Assembly: GCA_038496445.1 (NCBI GenBank)
Contig: JALMLS010000130.1
Coordinates: forward strand, 128,606-192,605
DNA length: 64,000 nucleotides
Source of the DNA: Trichosphaerium sp. ATCC 40318
Lineage: Eukaryota; Protista; Tubulinea
Reading direction: 5' to 3'
In this document: in pieces, positions 24,995 to 36,705 of the stretch
Numbering within the stretch: the stretch's first letter is position 1
Layout: every line of letters starts with the position of its first letter
Translations under genes and position numbers: made by a program
The notes under the pieces: model-generated
Told to the model about the DNA's origin: nothing
The model's database searches: none
Seen by the model: only the letters and a program-made list of their open reading frames with translations

Positions 24995-27337
24995 ATGTAC
25001 ACACAGCGCTATTGTACGCTTTTTTTATTATCTACAGTAAGCAAAAACGTGCGGTCGGCACGGATTTAAATCATATTGGGTTTTTACTCTTTGTAGTGGT
25101 TGTTTTTTGCTGTAATGATACTCCCTACAACCGCAAGGTTACAGATGTTGTTAATACACCATGAAGAGTTGGAACCTTTCACTGCAGCCAACTTACCGTG
25201 CGTTTTTTAAGTTTTTTGTTTAATTTTAACAATTTACGGAAAATCTCTAAATGGCTCACACGTGCGTAGGTTCGCTTCAGAAATACCAAAGGTTGTTTTT
25301 TCAGGTCGTATAATACCAAATAGTTGCCAAGATGTGAATTTTACGGAAACTATAATCGTTGTACCATCAGAAGAGAATGGATTTGATACGAGAATAAGGT
25401 ATTGCAGGTTTTTTATTCTTGATTGATTGTTCAATGTCGTTGTTTTGAAACAACCACTCATGGATGCACTACTGTTTTTCTTAATCATCTTTTGTTAAAG
25501 GAAGGCTCAAGCGAAAGGGGCAAGTGGTGTAGTAATGGAATCTCTAGAGAAGGGACCCGCAGGAAACGGTACGAGTGATGAAAATAGTGCACAGTTTTTT
25601 TTTGCCAAATAGCCTTTCTTTAGAGTGAGTTCTTTCTTTTCACTTTGTTTTCTCCTTGAGGTTGTGCTTGTTCTTACACAAAATAAAGGGTACTATTTTT
25701 TCGACAAAGGAAACTATGATGATATAACAATACCTGCAGTGGAAATAAGCAGTACGGTACCAAGCACGCCTTCACGTGATTTAATGAAGTTTATTCAGAA
25801 AGTGATTTTCAGAAATTGATGACTTACCTCACGAATTGCAGTGATAGCACTTTAGTATCTGTACAAACACACGAAGGTACGTATTTTAGGTTTAATATAA
25901 ACGAACATACTCACGTGAATTCACAACCTTAGATGATAATCCGTTCATACAAGTCCATAAATCTACCGGTTTTTTGATTGGAGTTCTTCTCATACCTCCA
26001 ATGTGGTCTTGCTTTAACCTTGGTCTTATTCTTCTACAAATATTTAAAGCAAAGCGCTCTGGTAAGCTTAAAATGTCAACACCTATTGTTGTGATATGTC
26101 TAGAGGCAGCAGCAAACTTTTGTACGTGCTAGCGTATTTTATTTGCCTTTTTAAAGAACTTATTTTACGACAATCCACGTGTCTAACGAAACGCGTTTTA
26201 TCGCTTATTTCTCCCAATAAAACTATACAGTGCTTGTTAGACTAAATTCGGCCAAGTATTTGTTTCAGAAATCGTTTGTGGGCACTTTTTTTAGTTTCAA
26301 ATATTTTTTGTAGTTTTGTCTATTTTTGTTAACAGAAATTCTAGGCCGGCTATTATACTTCACTGTTGATCCGTTTAATGGTCGACACATAAATGTAGCT
26401 TTACACTCTATTCTATCTGGAGTATGGTTCCCGTTTGCATGGAGTGCTATATTCGTTGTTGCTCTTCATTGGTATGAAGTAATGACTCATAGAGCAGTTA
26501 TGCCAAACGGTTTTTTGGTGAAAACTAGGATACCTTTTTACATTGTCAGTGCAATAGTCATGTCAGCGAGTTTCCTTGGTCTATTAGTTGGTAGTTTTGT
26601 ATTTGTATTCAGCCAGTATTACGTACGGACAGAGCTTTTTAATGGATATTTTTCTTTTCTTTTTTCTGTTCAACGAAAATTAATCAATCTTCTGACCTAA
26701 TGTCTTAGGTCAATATCGCTCTCATATTCATGGCTAGTGCACTAACTGGTTTGATTATATTTTACCTTACATGTGGCATTCGGGTTCTTTATAAACTATG
26801 GAACATACCATCTAACAAAGCTGTTGATAAAATTTACAGAGTACGAAAAGACTTCTCAACTTTTTTTTTCTTTGTTGTTTGCAACACAACCTTTTCTGCA
26901 AACCTACCGTTTTCACTGTCCTCATGTGATTTATTTTAGATACTTTTCAAAGCACTTGCCGTTGGGATAATAGTTATAATTGCGATTTTCGCTATCATTT
27001 ATTGGGAAATTCCTTTCACAAACACTTCAGCAACTGCTTACTTTGTACCGATCATGGTTTGGTACTATTGTTTGATGTTAGCATCAACAATACAAATAAC
27101 AAATGTATTATACACCTTTGATGGTGAAGAGAAACAATCAGGTATGTATTTGTGCATCTAGTCTTACCAACGTTCTAAATTTTGTTCAAAAAAATAGGTA
27201 TTTCACCAAAAGAAACATCAGAACCAAATTTGGACCGTATTATAGCGGAAGATTCAAAAGTAAAGCCTGTAGAAGGAGCGTGTAGAATTAAGAGCGTAAT
27301 AAGTGAGGACACTTCGAGTACTACTGGCGAGAAGTAA
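24995..27337 (+). CDS. PA (protease-associated) domain fused to a multi-pass (about 7 TM) receptor-like region
   Basis: RIRKAQAKGASGVVM...DDITIPAVEIS is a PA-domain motif; it is followed by successive hydrophobic exons (CRLLYFTVDPF...FVVALHWYEV...IFYLTCGIRVL). Confidence 0.75.
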
Positions 27338-27445
27338 GAACAAAAAAAATGCGAAAACGCTTTTGTATTTTTCCGAAACAATTTGTTTCAACCACGGTAA
27401 AATAATGAAACTATAAGTATAAAATACATTACATTTGTAAGATTA

Positions 27446-29248
27446 TCAAAGTCCACGTGATCTCATTTCTCTTTGAACAGCTACCATAGAGCGATACTTT
27501 TTGCCATTTTCATCGAAAAAATATTTATCGAATCTACCCTTTGTAGCACCTGCTTTCCTTTGAACGAGTGTCATACGCCATCCCTAAGAACATATATGTT
27601 TAGTAAAGTATTTGTCTTGATGATTTATTACCAAGGGTAGTACAAAGGTGTCTGTCTTTTTTGGAAAGTGTTTCTTTGCCTTTAATTTCTTTGAGTTTGG
27701 CGCTGTGGCAGTTTTCTTTGTTGGTGCAACTACGGAGTTAACAAAATTTTCAGTATCCGAATCATCACTTTCACTGACATCAGGGATTATCTTAGAGCTC
27801 TTGTAATAACTTATCTTTCGTAGTTTGCGAGGTGAACGTCTAAGCACTTTTTTTTTCAAAGATGGTTTTTTCAGTTGTGTAATTTTAGTACGTTTAGAAG
27901 GTGTCTTCTTCTTGTTACTGGAAGCTTTCGCTACAGTCTTTGATATCTTTTTCCTCTTTGGAGACCTAGCTGTCATAATTGGCGGATCAACATCAGTGAG
28001 GCGGACTCTCTTGTATTTTTGGACAAAACTCTTGTGGTTCTTCCTGAAAACCAGAATCAGTTTTTTTAAAGTCGTCTTTTATTAATTTCGCACCTGAGTG
28101 AGGCCCACCAGTCTTCTTCGTCCGTCGAGAGCTCTCCAAGTTGCTATTGTTTTGTTATTAAAGATTAATATTATTGTAAATTAAATCTTACATGAGCACA
28201 CCAAACACGTTCGCCTTCAATTGCGATTTTTTTTACTTTTTTACCAGGTTTTGCTTTTTTCTTTTTATGAGCATTCGCAAGCCACCCTTCACGAATTAGA
28301 GATATTTAACAGTATTCCAGTAACCTCACTTACCGTGGTACCGACTAAAACAGAAGAGTAAATAACAAGAGCTGCCAAAAAATAAGAGCACTTACTTGAG
28401 CATGTGATCCTGTGGTTCAGTTGTATCCCATTCTCCGCAGCAAAAGATACGGTAGCTATATTTAGATTAGGTTCATACCATACAGCTTAACAAATAATAA
28501 AGTCACACCTGTCTTCTATGTACTTTCCTACTCCCTTGAACTCCCTGACACTTTCCCAGTCTCTTATATAAAATTAGAACAAACACCATGAAAGGCACTG
28601 GAAAAATGAACAAGTTCCATGGCTTTTACAAACAGTCTTACCTTGTTTCCCATTCGGAGCTCAGTTGTACAATGTACTTGGCGCGTACATTATGTAACCT
28701 TTGAGGATAAGAAAAATAAGTTACAATAAAAAAAACGGTTTTGTGTTTTTCTTTTGGATTATTCTCGAAACCACGTGATAAAAATAATTTCATTACGTAC
28801 CCCAGAGGTCGTAATATTTCTGCCACTTCGCCTTGAGTAGCTTCAGCTACCTACGAAAGGAGCTATGAGACAGAGAATACCAAAAGCAAAATGTTCAGCC
28901 ACGCACATCGCTTGGTGTTGGGTACGTCGTGAAAAGCTCGTAAATAACTGATTTGACTTGTTTAGGCGTAGTTCTGTTTAAAAGCTACCACAGTTAAGAA
29001 ATAGGCTATCAACGTTGTTTACGAACCATGCAGGCTATTACGAGACGCCATGGATCGTAAAATAGAAGTTCTTGGATAAGGCCCTATTAAACAGCGTGTT
29101 AGTACAAAAAACAGGCGTAATGGCGTACGTGTGGTGATAGCGGAGGTATATAAACGGTTTTTTTTGAAAGATGCTGTGGCGTCGTTGTGGTTTTATACCC
29201 GAGCCTTGTTTTGCTCCAGCTAGGTTCTATTAGGCATGCATAATCCAT
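27446..29248 (-). CDS. MBD4: MBD4-like G:T/G:U DNA glycosylase (N-terminal) with Lys/Ser-rich linker and C-terminal methyl-CpG-binding domain; 12 exons
   Basis: YIPPLSPHGLIQELLFYDPWRLVIACMLLNRT...LRPLGLHNVRA...FKGVGKYIEDSYRIFCCGEW...QDHMLNRYHGWL matches the MBD4 HhH glycosylase. LPL|GWRMTLVQRKAGATKGRFDKYFFDENGKKYRS (last exon 27446-27583) is an MBD. All 11 GT-AG junctions keep frame. Confidence 0.92.
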
Positions 29249-29761
29249 ACAAGTGAAAAAGAAGTCTCGCAAATGTTCATTTTCTGCAAACAACAAAAAA
29301 GATTCAAGTTTTCTTTTTAGTATACTTTATCAGTTGCTTCCTTGTAATATTTTGTACTTTAGGTGCAAGTTTAGGCTTTGGTTTTCGTCTTGGCATTATG
29401 TTTCAATTGATCTGCTTGAAAGAAGAGCGTTTGTTTAGTTATCCAAGCTTTTACAAAGATACAGTGAAGTTGATGCAACGTGACTTGCGCTTTTTAAGAT
29501 GTGACCTATGCTGGTTTTTGTTAAATGAAAATGTTGCAACTTTCTGTAGTGTTGCTTAACTGCCACTGACAACTTAACGCAATTCACAGTTGTTCAGTGT
29601 GGCTTATGGCAAACATTGCAAGGCGACCTATGCATACATCATACACATAAAGTCAATTGTATGTAGAGTCAACCTTGGTCTCAGAGGAAGTACTTTTTTA
29701 TGTTTCTCTGCAGATAAAGCTTATTTGTATAACGTCATTTTTTGTTCTCACGGAAGGTCTT

Positions 29762-32700
29762 ATGGCTACACGCTCTACCATCCTCGTATGCCTATTTTAT
29801 CTCATGTATACAGTGTATGGTACGTATATACAATGTAGTATCTTGGTACAAGCATAACAGCGTGTCTGGATGACGTTTTTGATTTACCTCTACCGGGAGA
29901 TATCTTTGAAAAAATTTTATCATTTGATGTTTCTTACGCGTGTAGTTTTACCAAACAAATTATGCGACTTTACGAACACGTGCTCGAAAACTAGCGAATT
30001 TCTTTTTACAGAAAATTGTTTCAAACCATACTATCTACCTTATGCTCACCACACATGTAGCCTCGGGGATCATACGAAATAACACTATTTATAAAAGGTT
30101 CGTGCGTAAATGGGACTTTAGTAAGTTTGCTTATAACCTTAAGAACAAGCGCATCAGATCCTAACAATATTGATATCCAAATAACCTTTGCAGGAGCATC
30201 AAGACAAGCAAGTGATACCTTATCTTAAGTAAAAATACTTACCGGCTACTAAAGGTTGAAGGTTTTGAAGAGGCAGTACAAGGAGCTATATTCGCGTGGG
30301 TGTGTAACATATTATGTGTAGCGAAAGAACATTTTAACATTGTATTTAGGAGCAATTGATTATTGCTGATCAGCGAATAGCTATTACAGTACAGTTTGGG
30401 CAAATTCCAACATTGTTGAATCTTGCACAAACTACAGTGACAAGAGTTTTTGGTTTAGAAACAGCAGCTGTGACGTATGTAGAACTTGTTTTTTTATATA
30501 GTTCTTGCTTTGTTTTCTCAACGCTTCTTAGATTGGAACTCGAAGAGCGGTTTTTTCCTGGAGGAGATTATCCAAGAGAACCAGAGTATATGATACCATC
30601 AGTATTTGAACCACCAACACAGATGGGCCCTGCCAAAACTGTTGCAAAGGTAAACCTGATTTACTTTTTTTTTGATGTATTGTGTTTTTTACTCACCATC
30701 TCAGATGTTATTCCCTGAAGATGCTAATCGCTTTGATTCTCAAGAAGGCATCACAGATGGTGTCATTACTTTATCAGATTCAGCTAATTTCGACTGGGAT
30801 ATAACGACACCTGTAGAACGTGTACGCCTTGCTTTTTTTTCATATTTTTATCTTTTAGGAACCCTTAAACAAATATCACATTAGTGGTAACATAAAATAA
30901 TTAGGGAGCTGTAGACGGATTAGGTGTACTAGTAAGAGAATTTGGTCACGTTTTTGGTTTCATCTCAGATACAACACGACGTAATCTTGGCTCAAGCCTT
31001 TTTCTTTTTCATCATTTTAAATAACGTGCACTTTATTCATGTTTTTTTAAGTTGAAACTCCTGTGGGTACCACTGTATATCCTACTGTTCTAGATATATA
31101 CAGATTCCCTGTCATTTTAGATCCTAGTTGGCTTGGATCACAGCGCATGCTGATACCGGGTACTTATTTGTTAAAGCGTACTTTATTTTTTCTAATTTTC
31201 ATTTAACACTAGGAATGCCAGCCATGTATTACACTAATCAAGAGACTGATCCTAAGGGAATAGAATTTTCAACTGGTCTTCTTGGATCAGATAGGAATCC
31301 TGCAGATTCATGGAAAGAAGGAAGGAACTTAGGTACGTCAATTAAAAAAAAAGTTGAGCCAAAACATTTAAAATAAAACTGCTCTCCATACAAACCAGTC
31401 TTTCTTAATTGCAATAGGTATGATGGATCCTATAATAGACCCCAATGAAGTACCTGGATTTAGTTTAAATGATATAAACGCATTTTATCGACTTGGATGG
31501 ACACTACCTTGTACACACTTGAACACAGAATTTTATTTTTCTAACTACTATTATTTTGAAGTAAATCAAGTTCCTTGTCCAACTATCTTTTGGGTGTTTC
31601 CTATTCAAGCAAGACCAGGAGATAGAGTAACAATCAGAGGATTTTTCTTCTTTGAAGATGTATCTTGTATACTTGGAGGAGTAGCTTCAACTATCCAAGG
31701 AGAAAACGTGGTAGTTAACAATGCAGCATCTGAAGTTGTAAGTCAACACTTATTCTATTTTTATGTCTAACTTCTAGTGCAGAGCTGTACAGTACCCAGT
31801 ACTGTTACAATAGAATTAACGGGAATTGAAATAGCTTCAGGTGGCATTTTAAGTAACCAGATACCTTTCAGGGTAGGAGAACCTACAACAGCTCCAACGG
31901 ACGCATCGCCAACTCGTCCACCAACAGCTGCTCCAACTCGTGCCCCTACTCTAAGTCCTACTACAAGGCCTCCAACAACTAGATCTCCTACAACTAATCC
32001 TCCATCAAGAGCACCTACAAGGTCTCCAACTGTTGCTCCTACCACTAGACCGCCAACACGTTCGCCCACAACAAGACCACCGACTACAACATCACCAACA
32101 ACTAATGCGCCTACAAGAGTTCCTTCCAGAGCCCCAACCCGCCAACCAACCACACTACCACCGACCACTTCAGCTCCAATCACTAACCCACCATCACGAG
32201 CGCCTACAATAGCACCAACGATGCAACCTACAACAATATCACCATCAACTCGAGCACCTACAACGCGAGCACCAACTTCACCACCTGTACCACAACCAAC
32301 AACACAAGCGCCAACAAGGCAACCTACGACAATACCGCCATCAACTCGGGCACCTACAACACGAGCACCAACCTCACCACCTGTACCACAACCAACAACA
32401 CAGGCACCAACCCTGGCACCATCAACTCAGGCACCGGTCGTTTCACCTACCACAGAACCACCAACAATCCTACCCACGTTGCCTCCGACAACAAGCCAAC
32501 CAACAACTTTTTCACCAACGCCTTCAACAGGCGCAGCTCCATCAACAGTTTCTTCACCATCAACTGATTCAACACCCTCAACTGAGTTCACACCTTCAAC
32601 GATTCAGAATCCATCAACCCTCAGGGCTCCAAATACAATCGTATCACCATCGACAGTAATCACTCCATCAACAATAGTATCCCCAGCATCAACAAACCCT

Positions 32701-33779
32701 CCACCCATATCTCAAGGTGTACCTGCAACTGCTCAAAACCCCTCAACTATAACGACACCAAGTACAGTGGCTTCACCTTCCACCATTTCAGCACCTTCGA
32801 CTATCTCAACACCCTCAGCAGTATTTACACCGACTACGATTCAAAACCCAACAACTGTAAGAGCACCAAACACAATCGCTACACCTACAACAGTTATGAC
32901 ACCGTCAAGTGTTCGAGTACCTGGTTCATTGGCAATACCAAGTTCAATACTGATACCTACTCCTTTATTAACACCTTTTGGATCCCCAACTGCCTCAACA
33001 CCTCCACCGACAATGAGACCAACGTTCGCACCTAATATTCAACCACCAAATACACTCTTAACACCAACAACATTAACACAACCGGCTACTGTAAGTGCTC
33101 CTACAATGACAACGTCTGTTTCTGCTCCTTCAACAGCTGCAGCTCCTTCAGTGACGAGCGTAGCTCCTGCGATGATGCAACCTCCTACAACAAATACACC
33201 TTCAACTGGCACTGATTCACCAGTAACAACAGAGCCACCAACTACAGAGGCTCCAACCGAACCTCCAACGACTGCTCCAGCGACTACAGAGCCACCAACG
33301 ACATCATCCCAACCTACAATGAGTTCTACAATTGTACCTACATCATCTGCTCCTGCACGCCAACAAATATGTCAAGGAAATCTAGATGAAGCTGGAAATT
33401 GTCAGTACGTAATAATACCTCAAACAGACGTTTCTTATTTTAATGCAAAAAGGTGCAATGGATTCAACTGTAGATGTGGAAGCGGAGTTGGTAATTGTTC
33501 TTGTTCATCTGATAGCATACATTGTACTGCTGAAGTTTCTGAGCAATCAGAAGCCTTTGGAGGCAATGCAGTACTTTTTACAGGCGTTTGGGCAGACCAT
33601 GGCATTGTACGTTTGTTGTATTTACACTGTGTTTACAGTTTGTAATGTAGGTTCTTTGTGGATCAACTGAAACTTGTATATGTGGTCCTACAAGCTTTAA
33701 GAATGAAAATGGAGCATGCTACAGACAACAGGCTTCTAATTTTTACTGCAAAGCGCCAAGACAAGAACAGTGTAGATAA
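29762..33779 (+). CDS. Large secreted protein: degenerate zincin-like metalloprotease domain + IPT/TIG + long Pro/Thr/Ser mucin region + Cys-rich C-terminus
   Basis: Signal peptide MATRSTILVCLFYLMYTVY; NFDWD...GVLVREFGHVFGFISD...PTVLDIYRF...FSTG...ADSWK...LGMMDP...DINAFYRLGW; PIQARPGDRVTIRG (TIG); ORF 31777-33645; last exon ends 33779. Confidence 0.8.
31890..33360 (+). repeat. Low-complexity coding repeats (PTT/PST units; near-exact duplication of QPTTI.PSTRAPTTRAPTSPPVPQPTTQAPT)
   Basis: Visible directly in ORF 31777-33645. Confidence 0.9.
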
Positions 33780-33964
33780 TAAAGATAATCCTTGTAAAGT
33801 ATTGGTAAAAGTTGGCTTAATTTTCAGTTTTAACCTAAAAAGGAAAAAAAATACATTTTTCTTTTGTCCGAAGTAAACGCACGTGCATTAAAAAAAAGAA
33901 GTTAAATTGATTAGCTATTGTAACTAACGACCTTCGTCACCAAGCTTACGACGTTAAGGCTGTT

Positions 33965-36256
33965 ATGGAATGTGGAAACAGTTACACACGTTTTAATGTA
34001 TTGTTCAAGAAAGAGTTCTTCATGATACAAGTATTAACATATGGGACGTTAATTGAGCTGAAACAGGCTGTTTACAAAGAAACTGGGGTCAGACCACATT
34101 TACAACGTTATCCATCACTTGATCTGTCTGTATACACAAACGTATGCCAATCCCATACACGATACTACAATCAATCGGGTTTTTTTTAATTTGAACTAAA
34201 AACGTTGTTAATCGCTTCTAAGGACGAAATACTTCCTTATGAAATACTTGGTATTACTAACGGATGTCAAATAAGTTTACACTGTGATAAAAGTAGTATT
34301 TCTTCTATAGTAGGAGAGCTAGAGTAAACTGAAAATATCATAGAAAAACCAAAAAAATTGACATTGTTTTTTTTTAGGGCCGAACCAGATGACAATAGAA
34401 GAACTTCACTTATCTATCGCTTATTAAAAAACCTTCAACCATATGTAGACGAGGAAAATGATAAACACATACAACAAAATATAAAGCACAAGAAGGAACC
34501 ACATCTACAGAATATCTTTTGTTCTCTTTACAAACAACCACTAAATACAAACTTCAATTTTGCGATTTACATCTACACAAATGATACAACATGTGATCAA
34601 AGCGAGTATGTTTTCCCTTTGAATTTATTCTCTGTTATTTGTACTTACTACAAATCCATAGAAAAGTGTTGTGTTCTGACAAACTCAAAGCTATATCCAA
34701 GTCAAGTTTCTATTGGGTATCGATTTATGTCCCTGAAGTTGCACTGCTGGGGGGTCCTCAGTTTAATGAATACCCTGTTCTCATTATTGGTAGATACGCT
34801 ATAGGTAGAACAGGCATTATAGCTTCAATGGAGGTAAGTACACTTTCTAGCTATTACAGTTCAATTTGTTCAACTTTTTTTTTCCACCCCAGGGTTTGTT
34901 TCACGTAAATGAGTATTCTCACCGTCCACCAAACAATGTTCTAGCGATACCTTTGCACCATGTACCAAAGGTGCTACTTGTTCGTAGAGCTCAAAAAAAT
35001 GATAGCTAATTTTTGGCAATTTTCTCTAGCTATATGATTTGCTTTCAAAAAAATCAATTAAGTCACACCTGCGAGATAACAAAAAACAGCAGTAAAGCGC
35101 TCGCATAGGTATTGCCTGCCCCAGAGTAGAACATTATTTGGTGGACATTCTCAGAATTGTGGTCATGTGGTTTAACGAATATGTTCGGATATTTTCTGGG
35201 TTTTTTCTATTCTTTTTTTTTTTTTTTACATTCCTGCAATGTCGTACAACTTTCTTAACCTTTACTTGTGTTTATAGGGATTACTTGATAAAAATGAGGT
35301 TATATGTAAACTAGAATATATGATTGCATTAGATCAATTTATACATAGCGTAGGAGGTATAGGAGGAGTTAACCTTAAATCAAAATATGTTGCAAGATAT
35401 TTTTCTGGATTGAAGAGATCTGAATTTGACAGAGTAGCAAGAATCTCACGTGCTAAAACAATAATCAAACCAAACCTTGATATTCACATGCTTTTTGATA
35501 TTCCTCCAGGTACCCTCATCCTCGTCATTATCTTTTCATTCAAGTGACAAAAAAAGTCTACTACTTAACATCAGGTCATTCACTTTTTCTCCAAAAAAAT
35601 TGTACTGTAATGCAGCCCTCAGTGTAGTATTTTTTGTTATATTAAATCAATTTTGTTTAGAAATAGTTCTAATCATACTGGACTATCTTGACTGTGTTTC
35701 TACAAAATGTCTATTAACAACATGCCACTACATACATCAAGTTGTAAAACCGAATATAAAAAGCTATAATGCTGTTAGCTTGGTTGGAAGGAATTCTCTT
35801 CCAAATGCAATAGGCTTAAAACATGTCAAAGAGATAGATATCAGATTCATGCAAAAGTTCGATGCTTTGTCCTTTATACAACATTTATTAGATAATGTGA
35901 ATAATATCAAGACCATAAAGACTTATGATGTACTCGCTTCATTGCATTTTCCCCATGTTACCTGCCTATTATCAAAGAAAAAGCCACGAGATTCTCTTAT
36001 GTGTATCACACATGGAAGATATAGTGCATCAATTATGATTGTTTTCGAAGATCAAGAAAATCAACTGAGGCTTTTTTCACAGTTTCTCTTGAAGCATCCA
36101 GAGATAAAGGTGGTTCAGCTCTATAATAGTCATTACCCAGTAGCTCACATATTTAAAACAATATGCCAAGAATGGAACTGTAGTATATTCTTTTGTGGAA
36201 AAATCAAAGAAAGTTTACAAGATTACTGTACAACAAGACAGAGAGGCATTTGGTAA
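33965..36256 (+). CDS. Protein with N-terminal ubiquitin-like domain and an internal F-box-like motif, multi-exon
   Basis: TLIELKQAVYKETGVRPHLQR...LGITNGCQISL (UBL); LFDIPP|EIVLIILDYLD...LLTTCHYIHQV (F-box) spans an intron at about 35510-35660. Confidence 0.65.
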
Positions 36257-36505
36257 ACAATCTTTTTGTGAATAAAAACAAAGTGTTCTAAGAACCTGTT
36301 CTCGCCTCCCTGCCAATATGAAACAACATACCAGAAATCTTTGTTTTACACTGTCAATGCACAATACAGAGCAAGTGTAACGCCATTATACAACCCATAC
36401 AAACTTTGGTATATTCACAAAGACTTAACCATAACAACCAATCATTGTAAAGATGTTCGCAGTGAGGTGTTACTGGGTTGCCATTAATTCTGAAGCTGCT
36501 TAAAA

Positions 36506-36576
36506 AGGACCTGCCGGGAATCGAACCCGGAAGTCTCACAGACAAAGTGAGAGTGAAACCAATACGCCACAGGCCC
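36506..36576 (-). tRNA. tRNA(-like) gene with centred anticodon TGT on an atypical, tRNA-Pro-like body; possible pseudogene
   Basis: GGGCCTG TG GCGT ATTGGTT TCAC T CTCAC TTTGTCT GTGAG ACTT CCGGG TTCGATT CCCGG CAGGTCC T. Acceptor, anticodon and T stems pair; the B-box is intact; a T5 terminator follows immediately. Confidence 0.8.
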
Positions 36577-36705
36577 TATCGCTTTATTGCGCTGATTAAT
36601 GACATATCAATGGTTGGAGTTGTTGTTCATAAGTGCAGTAGCTGCACTCTGGGCAATTGCTTAAGTACACAGGTTGTTAAAGTAAACTAGTAATCATTTC
36701 ATTGT

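Noticed and set aside
3644-32183. Long antisense Val/Gly-rich ORFs (3644-4018, 3708-3950, 17463-18065, 31767-32183) and the alternative-frame ORF 17330-17929
   Set aside because: They are shadows of Pro/Thr repeat exons on the coding strand or frame.
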